64,000 nt of DNA from positions 30,967-94,966 of the forward strand of contig CAZYIM010000005.1 of assembly GCA_964647565.1 (NCBI GenBank), written 5' to 3'. The notes beneath the pieces are model-generated. The model made no database searches. It had not been told where the DNA came from and was given only the letters and a program-made list of their open reading frames with translations. The DNA is from an uncultured Methanosarcinales archaeon (GTDB lineage: Archaea; Nanobdellota; Nanobdellia; Woesearchaeales; CAZYIM01). How positions within the stretch are numbered: position 1 is the stretch's first letter; every line of letters starts with the position of its first letter. Shown here piece after piece: positions 61,527 to 64,000 of the stretch. The position numbers and the translations under genes were made by a program.

Positions 61527-61946
61527 TTATAAACTTTTCGTCATTAAAAGCTTCTTCAATTCTTCTCTGGTCACAAAGTTCATAGGTTCCCACAATGCAA
61601 GATATTTATCAAGCACCTTGAAATCTTGAAGACTTACCATATTTGACTGGTCAGCTTTCATAATTTCCAATTTCTCAACCAAATCATGTATATTCCTCTT
61701 CAGCTCCATAAGATCTTCATTGATAAGCTTGATCTCTGAATTGAGGTTCTTTTCAAAATCCAGAAGGTTTTGATCTGTTAACTGGGCTTTTTTCCTAAGG
61801 TTTGCGTATCTTTCCTCAAGTATTTTGACTCTAGAACTCATTGCAGCACTTTGTTTTGAAAGTTTTAAATGCTCCTGACTACCTGTTTCTGGTTTTTTTG
61901 GCATATTTGTTTGTTGATTGGTTGGAGAAAAAGGTTGACCTTCCAT
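61527..61946 (-). CDS. Hypothetical coiled-coil protein
   Basis: Heptad pattern; LDKYLALWEPMNFVT tail. Confidence 0.75.
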   Translation of the reverse strand: MEGQPFSPTNQQTNMPKKPETGSQEHLKLSKQSAAMSSRVKILEERYANLRKKAQLTDQNLLDFEKNLNSEIKLINEDLMELKRNIHDLVEKLEIMKADQSNMVSLQDFKVLDKYLALWEPMNFVTREELKKLLMTKSL

Positions 61947-62041
61947 TTTAATAATAAAGTTTATATATCTATTATATTAAATCTTGTATTAACTAGATAA
62001 TAAAGTTTTCGCATAGTAGGAGGGTGTTAAAAAGAGGTAAA

Positions 62042-64000
62042 ATGACAGATAAATCTAAAAAGGATGTATTCTCCTATGAGTTTATCAGGCAAGGTGAAGA
62101 TAATGTTATCAGAATTGACTGCGAAAATTGGGCAAGGGTACCTTCTATCGAAGATGAAGAACTCTGTATGAGCAAAGTCATTGACTATCTTATCAAGAAT
62201 CCTTCTTCAACAAAAATAGCTTTCAGCCAAAAAAGGGATTATGTCTATGATTACACCCAGGCCAGGATGTTAGCTGAGATGGCTAAGGTTTACAATCAAT
62301 TGGTTAAACAGAAAAAACTTTTCAGCTACCAGAGCTTAAAGACTGCAGGCCAAACCATTAATCTTGACGCTGCTTATAATGAACTCCATAACCTTATCTT
62401 CAATATTCTAAAAAAAGATCCTGTGGGCTGTTATGTCCGGCTAACCAGAACTATCAGGAGAGAAATCATCAGGATGGAAAAGACCGTCAATAATGATGAA
62501 TTAAAGGCAAGAAAAAGCTATATAGAGCTGCTCAAATATATTATCAATCTTCTAGAGAACACCAAGATGATAACCATCCTAAAACCATTTTTACCCGGTT
62601 ATAAGGTGGGAGATAGGGAGATATATAAGAGGGTGCTCAAACCGCTGATCAAACCAGATTTCATGTTTACCAAACTTATGGCCGAATATCCACGGAATGG
62701 CACAGAACTTGCCAGTTATAATGTTGGAGATTCAGAAGTCATAATATTTGAGTTACCAGACACCATCCAGTATTTGTACCATGTAACTCCCCCTGAATTC
62801 AAATTGACTGAAGAGAACTATGAGATTCTTGATATGGCCCGCAAAATCATGTCTGAACACAAGCCAGAGCGCCAGGAATTCGTAGATCCCCAAAGAATGC
62901 GAGAGGTTTTTTTCAATGTTGGCCATGACCTCATTGAAGAACTGGCAGGCTATAAAGAGATGGAACTAAAGCAAGAGGATATTGATGAACTAACCCAAAT
63001 TCTAATAAGATATACTGTTGGTTTCGGTCTTATAGAGGTATTGCTATCTGATCAGAAAATACAGGATATCACTATCAACAGTCCAATGGGTCTGCTTCCC
63101 ATGTTCTTGGTACATGCAGATTTTGGCGACTGTAAGACCAATATTCTACCAACAGTCACTGATGCTGAATCCTGGGCCTCAAAACTAAGGATGATATCAG
63201 GCAGACCTCTAGATGAAGCCAATCCTGTATTAGACACAGAAATCCAAATTCCCATGATAGCCAATGCGCGAGTCGGTGCTATTTCACAGCCACTCGCACC
63301 TCATGGTATTGCATATGCATTTAGAAGGCACAGGGATAAGCCGTGGACAATACCTCTTTTCATCCATAACAAAATGCTGACTCCTTTGGCAGCAGGCATT
63401 ATAAGCTTCATTGTCGATGGCAATAGAACATTGCTTATTGCAGGAACCCGAAGTGCAGGTAAAACTTCACTCTTAGGATCTATAATGGTTGAGATAATGA
63501 GAAAGTTCAGGGTTATAACTGTAGAGGATACTCTGGAATTGCCCACAGGCTCATTGAGAAAGCTAGGATATAACATACAACCTATGAAAGTAGCTAGTGC
63601 TATGTCTAAGGGATCATCTGAAGTTGGAGCTGATGAAGGTATAAGGACCACTCTTAGACTCGGAGACTCCTGCCTGATAATTGGAGAGGTACGAAGTACA
63701 GAAGCAGCCGCGCTTTATGAGGCGATGAGAGTAGGTGCAATGGCCAATGTTGTTGCAGGAACCATCCATGGTGACTCTCCTTATGGAGTATTTGATAGAG
63801 TGGTCAATGATCTTAAAGTACCCAGAACCAGCTTCAAGGCCACAGACATCATAATTGTTGCCAACCCTGTAAGAAGCGCTGATGGTCTACACAGATGGAG
63901 AAGGATAACCCAAATCAGCGAAGTTAGAAAGACATGGGAAAATGATCCCTTAACTGAAAAGGGATTTGTCGATCTAATGAAGTATAACGCAAAAACAGAC
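62042..64000 (+). CDS. Type II/IV secretion or type IV pilus ATPase (TadA/VirB11/FlaI-like), 3' partial
   Basis: ATG 62042 after GAGGT; open to window end; RPLDEANP, AFRRH, AGTRSAGKT, TVEDTLEL, LRLGDSCLIIGEVRS, GTIHG. Confidence 0.93.
   Translation, partial: MTDKSKKDVFSYEFIRQGEDNVIRIDCENWARVPSIEDEELCMSKVIDYLIKNPSSTKIAFSQKRDYVYDYTQARMLAEMAKVYNQLVKQKKLFSYQSLKTAGQTINLDAAYNELHNLIFNILKKDPVGCYVRLTRTIRREIIRMEKTVNNDELKARKSYIELLKYIINLLENTKMITILKPFLPGYKVGDREIYKRVLKPLIKPDFMFTKLMAEYPRNGTELASYNVGDSEVIIFELPDTIQYLYHVTPPEFKLTEENYEILDMARKIMSEHKPERQEFVDPQRMREVFFNVGHDLIEELAGYKEMELKQEDIDELTQILIRYTVGFGLIEVLLSDQKIQDITINSPMGLLPMFLVHADFGDCKTNILPTVTDAESWASKLRMISGRPLDEANPVLDTEIQIPMIANARVGAISQPLAPHGIAYAFRRHRDKPWTIPLFIHNKMLTPLAAGIISFIVDGNRTLLIAGTRSAGKTSLLGSIMVEIMRKFRVITVEDTLELPTGSLRKLGYNIQPMKVASAMSKGSSEVGADEGIRTTLRLGDSCLIIGEVRSTEAAALYEAMRVGAMANVVAGTIHGDSPYGVFDRVVNDLKVPRTSFKATDIIIVANPVRSADGLHRWRRITQISEVRKTWENDPLTEKGFVDLMKYNAKTD

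Noticed and set aside
63052..63651. Minus-strand ORFs of 70 and 116 aa
   Set aside because: Antisense to the secretion ATPase, which the ORF track omitted because it has no stop within the window

Overview
Archaeal chromosomal window, most consistent with a DPANN archaeon (Woesearchaeota-like; inferred from gatD, TrmB/Lrp regulators, GGTGA-type SD motifs and BRE/TATA boxes about 24 nt before apparently leaderless ATGs). In order it holds: a Lys-rich H1-like gene with gatD; a GbsR/MarR-regulated MacB-type ABC/S-layer-domain operon; a radical SAM gene; a divergent queC coupled to a degenerate AdoMetDC-like gene opposite a TrmB regulator; glnA/Lrp; a glycogen cluster; a beta-propeller plus KaiC-like ATPase; a rubredoxin pseudogene and rubrerythrin; a PEPCK-like gene; herA and mre11 separated by a five-gene reverse-strand operon (TelA-like protein, two SPFH proteins, two membrane proteins) with a structured leader carrying four short ORFs; a tRNA charging/editing region (alaX, asnS, tgt, ybaK, bacterial-type aspS, gatCAB with tdk); a 976-aa exported putative clan-CD protease; and three paralogous membrane proteins beside a partial type IV pilus/secretion ATPase. 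Three intergenic hairpin-rich inserts are each flanked by direct repeats. No rRNA, tRNA, CRISPR array or transposase was recognised. Best candidates for novelty are the queC/AdoMetDC-like pair, the SPFH/TelA-like operon and its leader, the direct-repeat-flanked inserts and the membrane-triplet/pilus ATPase locus. All product calls come from motif recognition by eye; no searches were run.
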